The notes beneath the pieces were generated by a model. That model was given only the letters and a program-made list of their open reading frames with translations. It did no database searches and had not been told where the DNA came from. A stretch of DNA of 64,000 nucleotides from the NCBI GenBank assembly GCA_023391635.1, contig JAEWAQ010000058.1, forward strand, positions 89,429-153,428. Direction: 5' to 3'. The stretch is from Bacillota bacterium (GTDB lineage Bacteria; Bacillota; Bacilli; Paenibacillales; Paenibacillaceae). Shown here piece after piece: positions 37,980-47,300 of this stretch (the first letter of the stretch is position 1; every line of letters begins with the position of its first letter). Made by a program: the position numbers and the translations under genes.

Positions 37980-40754
37980 ATGAACGACATGACGTTAGGC
38001 CGCATCGGAAAAACGAACGCCATCCGGGAATCCGGGTTCGAGGCGTTCCGCCGGGGAACGTTCGGCCAAGCGGGGCAGAACCTGTACGTATCCCGCGCCG
38101 GAACGATTCAGCGCATCCATCACTTCGATGTCAACGGCGACGGATATATCGATCTGCCGTTCGCCAACTCGCATGATGACGATACTAGGGTTCCGGTATA
38201 CATCTATCGGGAGCCCGCGGTCAGCCAGGAACGTCTGGAATTGCCCACCGACGGCGGCTATGCCGCCGCGATGGGGGACCTCAATGGCGACGGCTACGAT
38301 GATCTGGTCATTGCCAATCAGTATGACGGCGTATCCAACGAGGTGTATGCGCAAATCTATTATGGATCGGCCGAAGGCTTCAGCGCCAAGCGGATGCTGA
38401 AGCTGTGGGCTCCCTCCTCCAAAGACGTGGAGATCGGGGATTTCAACGGCGACGGCAGGCCCGACATCGCGCTGATCAGCCGGGAGAGGCTGCGGATTTT
38501 TTACCAAGGAGAGCATGGCTTTGCTTCGGGCGGTTATACGGATGTCGACCTGCCGCACGATCTGGAGTCCATCGTGTCCGCCGATCTGGACGGCGACGGG
38601 TACGCCGACCTGGTCACCCGCTCCAGCGACCGGTCGATCGCGGTGTATTGGGGAGGCCCGGACGGGATTCGCGCGGACAGACGGACGAAGCTGGACAAGG
38701 GCTTGTCCGGGGAAGGCCCGATCGGGGCCGGGATCGATCAGGCGGCAAGCGGCGCGGGAGGCGGATCGCTGTTCGTATACGCCGTGCCGGCGAGGCCCCG
38801 GTTGAAGGTCGTCGCGCTGCATGGCCGTCCGCATCTGTTCGTATGCAAGGGTGAACGGTCGTTGTTCATTCCGTTCGGCGCGAACCGCGAAGCCGGGGAA
38901 CCGCTTGTTCTGGACAGCGGGGAGGCGATGAGCGCGGCCGTGGGAGACATCCGGGGAAACGGCGGGCAGGATATCGTGCTGGCTTCGCGGCAGACCGACG
39001 AACGGGGCGGGCAGCGATCCTGGATTTACTGGGACGGGCAGGGCGGTTACGCGAACGAATGGCGGACTGCCGTCCCGACGAACGGCGCCAACGATGTGAT
39101 CATCGGCCGGCTAAGCGGCGAAGAAGGCGGCTGCGAGGATATCGTCTTCTGTCAGGACAAGACGGAGGAGTGGTACAGCCATCATTCCTTGCTCTACAGG
39201 GGGACCCAGGCAGGCTTCGACCAGACGCCGGTCCGGCTGGAAACCCACTGTGCCTTGGATGCGTTCATCACCCGCGGTTCGGCCGGGAAGCCGCCGCAGC
39301 TCGTGTTCCTGAACCATCTCTCCAACCGGATATTAGGCAACGTATCGTCTTCTATCTATTTGGGCGGGCCCGACGGGTTCTCGCCGGAACGCAGAGAATC
39401 GTTGCCGGGCTGGGCCGCGACGGAAGTGCGAGCTTGCGATTTCAACGATGACGGGCACGTCGACCTGCTCGTGGTGAACAGCAATGAAAACGCGCTGCAT
39501 CTCGACAGAGGCTCCTACCTCTACTATGGCGGCCCGGAGGGATTTTCCCCGGACCGTCGGGTGGAATTGCCCACTAGATACAACATGAGCTCTTGCTGCG
39601 CGGATCTGAACAGGGACGGGTACCTGGACCTGCTCGCCGCAGGATTCAGCAACAACGAATTGCTCATCTTCTACGGGTCCGAGCGGGGGTTTGCGGATGA
39701 GCCGAAACGGATCAAGCTGGACATCGAGGGGATCGTCTTCGACAATCCGCGGTTCATGACGTTGGCCGATTTCGACCGCGATGGCTGGCTGGATCTCGTG
39801 ATTCCCGAATGCGGCCCCTCCGGCAAGACGATCATTTTGTGGGGCGGCCCCGATGGGTTCGATACGAGCCGGGCGACCTTGCTGCATACCGGCCCGACCA
39901 TCTCTTCGCGGGCGGCCGACCTGAACGGCAATGGCTGGCTGGATCTGATCGTCGGCGGGTACAAGGGCGACGATCCCGCCGATCCGTACAGCACCTTCGT
40001 TTATATTTACTGGGGCGGCCCGGAAGGCTTCTCGGGCGATCGCCGAACGCAGCTTCCGGCCAGCTTCGCGGCGGATATCGCGATCGCCGACTTCAACAAC
40101 GACGGCATATTGGACATCTTCGTCGCCTGTTACCATGGCTTGCGGAGCCGGGACATCGACTCCTTCATCTACTGGGGCAGTCCGGGCGGCCTCTATTCCG
40201 AGTTCAACCGGACGGCCCTGCCGCATCATTCGGCTGCCGGAGCGTTAGCCGCCGATTTCAACGAAGACGGATCCATCGACTTAGCAGTCGCCAATCACAA
40301 GACGCACGGCAACCATCCCGGCATGTCGTATGTGTGGTGGAACGGCCCCGACGGGTTTACCGATCGCCGGGTAACCAAGCTTCCGACCGTCGGCCCGCAC
40401 GGGATGACCCACTCGGATGTCGGCAATATCGCCGATCGCGGAGACGAAGAGTTCTACGAATCAAGACCGATCGAACTGCCGGAAAACGCACGAGTCGCCG
40501 GCATCTCATGGGTAGCGGAAATCCCGGCGAAAACGTGGGTGAAGGCGCAAATCCGAACCGCTTCCGGCGAGTCGGAATTGAATGACGCTCCCTGGGAAGG
40601 GCCGGACGGCGCGGGCAGCTGGTTCGAGCAGGGCGGCGAAATCGCCGCCAGCCTCCCGTCCGGCAAGTGGGTCCAGCACCGGTTGGCGCTGGGGGCGATC
40701 AACAGCGGCAGTACGCCACGTGTAAGCGAGGTTGCCATTCTGCTGGGAGAATAG
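37980..40754 (+). CDS. leaderless FG-GAP/VCBS-type beta-propeller repeat protein (about 12-14 blades) with a C-terminal beta-sandwich-like tail
   Basis: At least 11 clear DxNxDGxxD motifs (DVNGDGYID, DLNGDGYDD, DFNGDGRPD, DLDGDGYAD, DFNDDGHVD, DLNRDGYLD, DFDRDGWLD, DLNGNGWLD, DFNNDGILD, DFNEDGSID and others). Each is followed by a (Y/W)(Y/W)GGP(D/E)GF motif. There is no signal peptide or TM. ATG 37989 is an alternative start. Confidence 0.8.
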   Translation: MNDMTLGRIGKTNAIRESGFEAFRRGTFGQAGQNLYVSRAGTIQRIHHFDVNGDGYIDLPFANSHDDDTRVPVYIYREPAVSQERLELPTDGGYAAAMGDLNGDGYDDLVIANQYDGVSNEVYAQIYYGSAEGFSAKRMLKLWAPSSKDVEIGDFNGDGRPDIALISRERLRIFYQGEHGFASGGYTDVDLPHDLESIVSADLDGDGYADLVTRSSDRSIAVYWGGPDGIRADRRTKLDKGLSGEGPIGAGIDQAASGAGGGSLFVYAVPARPRLKVVALHGRPHLFVCKGERSLFIPFGANREAGEPLVLDSGEAMSAAVGDIRGNGGQDIVLASRQTDERGGQRSWIYWDGQGGYANEWRTAVPTNGANDVIIGRLSGEEGGCEDIVFCQDKTEEWYSHHSLLYRGTQAGFDQTPVRLETHCALDAFITRGSAGKPPQLVFLNHLSNRILGNVSSSIYLGGPDGFSPERRESLPGWAATEVRACDFNDDGHVDLLVVNSNENALHLDRGSYLYYGGPEGFSPDRRVELPTRYNMSSCCADLNRDGYLDLLAAGFSNNELLIFYGSERGFADEPKRIKLDIEGIVFDNPRFMTLADFDRDGWLDLVIPECGPSGKTIILWGGPDGFDTSRATLLHTGPTISSRAADLNGNGWLDLIVGGYKGDDPADPYSTFVYIYWGGPEGFSGDRRTQLPASFAADIAIADFNNDGILDIFVACYHGLRSRDIDSFIYWGSPGGLYSEFNRTALPHHSAAGALAADFNEDGSIDLAVANHKTHGNHPGMSYVWWNGPDGFTDRRVTKLPTVGPHGMTHSDVGNIADRGDEEFYESRPIELPENARVAGISWVAEIPAKTWVKAQIRTASGESELNDAPWEGPDGAGSWFEQGGEIAASLPSGKWVQHRLALGAINSGSTPRVSEVAILLGE

Positions 40755-40783
40755 TAGAAACGATGGAAGGAGGTGCAGCACGG

Positions 40784-41683
40784 ATGGTAGCCAGACGGTT
40801 GCGTAAGGATTGGCTGTTGCTCATGATCGGGGTTCCGGGCTTATTGTATTATTTGATTTACCGATTCGTCCCGATGCTCGGCCTTGTGATCGGCTTTAAG
40901 GATTACAGCCCGTTTCTCGGTTTTTTCGACAGCCCTTGGGTCGGGATGCGGCATTTTCGCGCGATCTTCGCGGAGCCGGAAGTAATGAACGTGTTGTGGA
41001 ATACGCTCGTCATTTCCTTTTTGCAAATCGTATTCGCTTTCCCGATCCCGATCGTGCTGGCGCTGACATTGAATGAGGTACGTCATCGGATGTTCAAGAG
41101 GGTCGTTCAAACGGTGATCTATTTGCCGCATTTTCTATCCTGGGTTGTCGTGGTCGGCATCTTCGTCTTCTTCTTGCAGGGCAACGGTCTGGTGAACGGG
41201 GCGTTAAAGAGCCTGTTCGGCATGTCCCCGGTGCCGTTCCTAACCGACCCGGTGCTGTTCAGGCCGTTGATCGTGCTGCAGGTCATATGGAAGGAGGCCG
41301 GCTGGGGAACGATCATCTTCCTGGCGGCGCTCGCCGGCGTCAATCAGCAGTTGTACGAAGCGGCCACGATGGATGGCGCGAACCGATGGCGCCAGGCGTG
41401 GCACATCACGCTGCCGTCCATCCGCGGCACGATCGTCATCTTGCTTATCTTGCGGCTCGGCAGCGTGCTCGATGTCGGATTCGAGCAGATCTTCCTGATG
41501 CTCAATCCGTTTAACAAAGAGTCCGGCAACGTGTTGGATACCTATGTGTACTACAAAGGAATCGAGCAGTCCGATTTCAGCTTCGCGACGGCGGTCGGAT
41601 TGTTGAAAGGGATCGTAGGACTCATTTTGGTCAGCACGGCGAACCTGTTGTCCAAGAAATGGGGAGAAGACGGTATCTTTTGA
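40784..41683 (+). CDS. LplB-type sugar ABC transporter permease
   Basis: ATG 40784 follows GGAAGGAGGTG. EAA loop (EAATMDGANRWRQAWHITLPSI). Confidence 0.85.
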   Translation: MVARRLRKDWLLLMIGVPGLLYYLIYRFVPMLGLVIGFKDYSPFLGFFDSPWVGMRHFRAIFAEPEVMNVLWNTLVISFLQIVFAFPIPIVLALTLNEVRHRMFKRVVQTVIYLPHFLSWVVVVGIFVFFLQGNGLVNGALKSLFGMSPVPFLTDPVLFRPLIVLQVIWKEAGWGTIIFLAALAGVNQQLYEAATMDGANRWRQAWHITLPSIRGTIVILLILRLGSVLDVGFEQIFLMLNPFNKESGNVLDTYVYYKGIEQSDFSFATAVGLLKGIVGLILVSTANLLSKKWGEDGIF

Positions 41684-41718
41684 GTTCGCGATGAGGAACG
41701 GGAAGGAGAGGGCCGTCC

Positions 41719-42597
41719 ATGCGCACGAAGGCTGGTCGCCGAAACAAAGGCATCGGTTGGTTCGACGGGTTCAACTATTCGTTATTGTTCGTGATTGCGC
41801 TCATCATGTTGTTTCCCTTTTTATACGTGCTTTCCATATCCGTATCGTCGTACAAGGATTATTTGCAGCACGGCTTCACGATCATCCCGAAATCGTTCGT
41901 TCTGGATGCGTACGAATACATTCTGGCCTCTCCGCGGTTCGTTCGCTCCTTGTTCGTGACGGCGGAAATCACGGTCATCGGGACATTGGTGAACCTGCTC
42001 TTCACCTCGACGTTCGCGTACATGCTCGCCCGTCCGATCGTCGGCCAACGCATCATGATGTTTCTGGTCGTGTTTACCTTGTTGTTCTCTGCCGGGATGA
42101 TTCCGACCTATCTCGTGGTGAAGGAGACGGGCCTGCTCAATTCGATCTGGGCACTCATCATTCCGGTCGCGATCAGCTCCTTCAACCTGGTCGTCATGCG
42201 CCAATTTTTCCTCCATATCCCGGAAGAGCTGAACGAAGCGGCCATCATCGACGGAGCGAACGATTTGCATATTTTCGCGAAGATCATCCTTCCGTTATCG
42301 AAACCGGCATTGGCCGCGTTCGGCTTATTCTATGCGGTCACGCATTGGAACAATTATTTCACGGGCATTTTGTATTTGAACGATCCGGCCGACTGGCCTA
42401 TACAGGTCATCCTCCGGCAGATCGTGATCGTGAACGAACCGCTGGCCGCGCTCAATATGCCCAGGGAATTCGCTCCGCCGGGGGAAACGGTGCAGATGGC
42501 CGCGACGCTGCTCGCCACGCTGCCGATCTTGATCGTCTATCCGTTTCTGCAAAAACATTTCGTCAAGGGGGTGATGCTGGGATCGGTCAAGGGATAA
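41719..42597 (+). CDS. LplC-type sugar ABC transporter permease
   Basis: GGAAGGAGAGG SD and the EAA loop (NEAAIIDGANDLHIFAKIILPL). Confidence 0.85.
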   Translation: MRTKAGRRNKGIGWFDGFNYSLLFVIALIMLFPFLYVLSISVSSYKDYLQHGFTIIPKSFVLDAYEYILASPRFVRSLFVTAEITVIGTLVNLLFTSTFAYMLARPIVGQRIMMFLVVFTLLFSAGMIPTYLVVKETGLLNSIWALIIPVAISSFNLVVMRQFFLHIPEELNEAAIIDGANDLHIFAKIILPLSKPALAAFGLFYAVTHWNNYFTGILYLNDPADWPIQVILRQIVIVNEPLAALNMPREFAPPGETVQMAATLLATLPILIVYPFLQKHFVKGVMLGSVKG

Positions 42598-42670
42598 GTC
42601 GTATTACAATGGGAACAGGGTGCAAGGCGATTTTTGCAAGGCCAATCAACTTCAGGAGGGGATTACGTCC

Positions 42671-44308
42671 ATGATGAAACGAAATAAAGGATGGTTCATC
42701 GCGGTGGTTTGTTTTCTGTTGGTACTGACAGCTTGTTCCTCCGGGTCGGGCAATTCCGGCTCATCTGCCGGCAGCCCGTCGGCCGGAGAGCAGCCGACCG
42801 CAACGAATTCGCCTTCGGCGAGCGCGGATAACGGCAATGACGGCCATGACCGCAGCAAGAAATTTACGATCACCGCGATTGACTTTCGATACCCGGCCGC
42901 CATTCCGCCGGCAACGGGCCGCGGATTGGATATGATCAACGAAAAATTCAATATCGATTTCAAGCCGCAATTTGTCGTCATCAACGATTACATGCAGAAG
43001 TTAAGCGCCAACGTCGCTTCCGGCGAGGTGCCCGACATCATGACGATGGAAGGTCCGATCGCCAACTATTACAAGTGGGCCAAGCAAGGGGCCTTCTTGC
43101 CGTTAAACGATTATATCGACCAGTACCCGACGTTAAAGCTCGTTCCGGATTACGTATGGAAATCGATGACGCTTGACGGCAAAATCTACGCGATTCCGCG
43201 TTATTACCCGTCCTCTTATTTGGGGTCGCCGATCATCCGTCAAGACTGGCTCGACAAGCTCGGCCTGAAGATGCCGACCAACTACGAAGAGCTGAAGGAA
43301 GTGGCCCTCGCCTTCACGAAGAACGATCCCGACGGCAACAACAAACAGGATACTTACGGCATCGCGATTTCCGAATACATCAACCCGGCTTATGAATTGG
43401 GCGGCTACTGGGAATTCCGCTCCTGGTACCATCAGGATGAGGCGGGCAACTACATCCCGAACTTCATCTCCGATGCGCGCAAAGAGCATATCGAATGGTT
43501 GGCCGGCCTGGAGAAGGAAGGGGCGTTGACGCCGAATTCCGCCGTCGTCAATGCTTCGCAAGCAACCAAAGATTTCTTCTCCGGCAAAGCGGGGATCTGG
43601 ATCGGCTCTCCGCGAGGGATGGATGAAGCGGCGTACAACGAGCTGCTGAAGATCAACCCGGGGGCGAAGATCGAACCGATCGGGCCGTTCGTCGCTCCGG
43701 ACGGCGAACAGGGATTCATGGCGTATAAGGCGTACTATGGCATGACGATGTTGAGCGCTGAGCTGGCCAAAGATCCCGACAAGCTGCATCGCGCACTCGA
43801 GTTTCTGGACTTCGGCCGCACGTTCTATCCGCTCGACGAACGGAACAAGAGCAATCCGGATTATGACTGGATGTACGGCAATGAAGGAACCGGCTATAAG
43901 GTCGAGGACGGCGCCGTCAAGGCGGAAAGCGCGGAGAAGGGGCTGGCTCCGGTCAACTTCTACATCGACGGGCTCATGTGGGCGCCGAGCGATGACGCGA
44001 ACGAGTACTCCAAAACGTATAAATCGCCGGTGGTCAAAGAGCTGGCCGAAAAACTGGAGAATATGCACAAGAACACGAAGCATTTCATCAACCCGATCTA
44101 CCAGATTTTCTCGGATACTTATATTTCCAAAGGCTCGGAACTGGATATGTTCCTGTACGAAGAGCAGACGAAGATGATCTTCGGACAACGGCCGATCAGC
44201 GATTGGGGCAAGATGGTCCAGGAGTGGAAAGACAAGGGCGGCGACAAGCTGATCCAGGAAGTCAATGAATCGATGAAGGCAAACGGCGTAAAAGGCGAGT
44301 ATCGGTAG
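42671..44308 (+). CDS. LplA-type large extracellular solute-binding lipoprotein
   Basis: ATG 42671 follows CAGGAGGGG. Signal peptide plus lipobox (FLLVLTACSSGS). About 545 aa. Confidence 0.85.
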   Translation: MMKRNKGWFIAVVCFLLVLTACSSGSGNSGSSAGSPSAGEQPTATNSPSASADNGNDGHDRSKKFTITAIDFRYPAAIPPATGRGLDMINEKFNIDFKPQFVVINDYMQKLSANVASGEVPDIMTMEGPIANYYKWAKQGAFLPLNDYIDQYPTLKLVPDYVWKSMTLDGKIYAIPRYYPSSYLGSPIIRQDWLDKLGLKMPTNYEELKEVALAFTKNDPDGNNKQDTYGIAISEYINPAYELGGYWEFRSWYHQDEAGNYIPNFISDARKEHIEWLAGLEKEGALTPNSAVVNASQATKDFFSGKAGIWIGSPRGMDEAAYNELLKINPGAKIEPIGPFVAPDGEQGFMAYKAYYGMTMLSAELAKDPDKLHRALEFLDFGRTFYPLDERNKSNPDYDWMYGNEGTGYKVEDGAVKAESAEKGLAPVNFYIDGLMWAPSDDANEYSKTYKSPVVKELAEKLENMHKNTKHFINPIYQIFSDTYISKGSELDMFLYEEQTKMIFGQRPISDWGKMVQEWKDKGGDKLIQEVNESMKANGVKGEYR

Positions 44309-44386
44309 CATCCGCGGGTTCAGACGCAGGAACGGCATGGTCAGGCGAAGTTCGATCACATTTTCCATTTGAACGAGGTGCTGAAC

Positions 44387-47300
44387 ATGAAAATCGGGTT
44401 TATCCGCAAGTTGTTGATCGCCGCGTTGGCAGCAGGGCTTGTTCTCCCGGTTGGAACCATGCCGCTTCATGCGAACGTTGCCGATGGGACGGGCGCTCCC
44501 GCTCTCCTCGGCACGTTCCCGGCGTTGTTCGAGGATGATGCCGACAATATGCAGCAGGCCGGTTGGTCGTTAAGCCAGCCGCCCGAAAGCGGCGTATATG
44601 CGACGGATGCGAGCCATTCGCTCGGCAACCCGAACTTGATCGAGATGAAGCCGGTCGATCCGGGCCAATATTTGTTCTACGGCGACAAGTCGGCCAGCGA
44701 CGGCGTTCGCTATACGATGATGACCAAGTCTGTGGCGATCGGCGATGGCGCATGGACACTCGAGTTCTCCGCCCGCATCGTCGACCTGGTGAAGCCCAAG
44801 CAGTACCCGGCGGAGCGCGGCATTCTGTTCATCGTTTATGCCAATGAGAAGCGGTACCAGGTCTCCTTCAACTCGATGAACAAACTGTACGGCTTGACCA
44901 ACACCCATGGGACGACATTCCAGGACAAGGAGATCGAGTATCCGCAAGACGATGCCTTCCATCAATGGGAAATCACCTTCGACGGATTGCAGACGGTATC
45001 GATCAAGCTGGACGGAATCAAAGTGGCCGCTTTCACCGGCATCGCGCTGCCGGCGTCCGGGCGCAACGACAGCATCGTCATCGGCAACTTGCCGCTGGAC
45101 TGGGAAGCCGGGACGAACGAAGTTTATTTCGATCATTTCAAGTTTTACAAGGGCAATCCGGACATCTATGTGCAAGATGACGCCGATTCCTTGGCGGATG
45201 CCGGCTGGACCCGCTTTCAAGCTCCGATCGACGGGGTGTATGTCACGGACTCCGGCGGTTCGCTCGGCAACCCGAACGGGGCGGCCATGCTGCCCGTCCC
45301 TGCCGGACAGTATTTGTTCTATGGCGATCAGCGGGCCAGCGATCTGAACAAGTATAGCTACATCAGCCAAAGCGTGCCTATAGGCGCGGGGGCATGGGAG
45401 CTTGGGTTTTCGGCGAAATTCAGCCAGTTGATGACCCCTGCGCGTTATCTGGCCGAGCGGGGCGTGTTCTTCGACATCCGCGCCAACGAGAAGCGCTACA
45501 AGATCGCGTTCAACTCCGGCAATCGCATCGTGGCCCAGGTCGGGTCCGGCAGCGCGGTGGATGTCAGGGAAGTGAATATGCCGGGCGATGACCTGTTCCA
45601 TTCCTGGAAGATTGCCTACGATGGCGTGAATGCCGTATCGGTCAGCGTCGATGGCGTCGTTCTGGCTCGATTCGAGAACATCGCGGGAACGGTAAACGCC
45701 GCGGACGGCATGTACATCTTCAATGCTCCGCTCGATTGGCAAGCCGGCGCGAATGAAGTTTACTTCGAGGATATCCGTTTGAGCAAGTCCGTGATGGGCA
45801 ACCCGAATGTCCTGATCGACGATGACGGGGCGGGGTTCCCGGCGATGAACTGGCAGGTCGATGCCCCGGCGGCGAATGCTTATTTCACGGACTACAGGAA
45901 GACGAACGGCAGCGTTGCGGGCATGAAGTCGGCAGCCGAAGGCACCTATGTGACCTATGCGGCAGCGGGGAGCGGCCAAGCGATGCAGCTATCCAAGCAG
46001 GTGGCGATCGGAGGCGCGCCATGGGCGTTGGAGTTCGATGCCCGGATCCAGTCCGAGGTCATGCTGGATGACGCGGTTGGCGATCCTGCCAAGGGGCTCG
46101 GCATGGAAATCGCCGCAGACGGCAAGCTGTACCGGTTCGTCTGGCAGGATGGCGATCGATTGCGATTGCTGAAAGCCGATGGCAGTTACGATTCCGTGCA
46201 GCTGACGATGCCTGACGCCCAGCAAATCCACCGGTGGGGCGTCGCCTACGATCAGCAACAGATCATCCTTTCGCTCGATGGCGTGAAACTCGGCAGCTGG
46301 CAAGGGCTCGGCTTGGCCCAGGCCGGTCCGGATCGGGCGCGCCTATACAACGATGCGACCGGGGCGGTAACCGGCGCGACGGAAGCCGTCATCGACCGCA
46401 TCCGATTGGTGAAAAACACGCTGCCGGAATGGGCGCGGTTCGCTCCCGTCATCACGAGCGTATCCGTATTGCCGACTTCCTCCCAAGCAAGCGGCATCGA
46501 GACGGTCGTTTCCATTCTCGACGCGAACCCGTTGTCCTATCAGGATGGTTCGCTGCAGGTGGAAGCGAGCTTGCGGCAGGACGGGACCCTGATTGCCAGC
46601 GGGCTGCAAGCGGCGACCGGGCCGGCCGTATCCGTTCGGTTGGATGCCGTGCCGGCGACCGGACGGATGGAATTGACCATCCGAATGCTGCACGACGGCA
46701 ACGAACTGACGGCGTATACGCGGAATATCGAAGTGTATCCGACGGCTGCCGTGCTGGCGCCCGGACAGCAAGCGACAGCGGCAGGCGGTGCGGCGACGAT
46801 CGGCGCGGCTTATCTGTACACCGCCATGGCGGATGTGTGGGACGAGACGGCAAACGCCGCGTTCGAGAAGGGAACCTCCGGCTGGGAGACGGCCACGTAT
46901 CAATATGAAGGAACCGCGGAGGGCGGCGTCTTCCTGGAGAATGTCGGCGCTGCGCATACGCTCAGCTTGCCGATCAACCTGAACGGCTGGTTCGGCGTTT
47001 ACGTCGGCTACGTGACGGGGACCGAACAGATCGTCGTCGGCGACGGTACGCAGGAGCAGACGGTGACGGTCGGGGGCGGCTTATCCGGCTCCGGTCCATC
47101 CTATGGCAACAAGGCCATTGCGGAAGCCTTCGCCTTCGCTTCCGAGTTTCAGGATGGAACCGTTACCCTGAAGACAGCGGGCGGGAAGCAGGCGCGGATC
47201 GCCTACGTGAAGCTCAAAGAGCTGACCCTGGAGGAGATTGCTCTCTATGCGGAGGCGGACGAATCCGCAACCGGCGGCGGGAAGCGGGTCGTTTACAACA

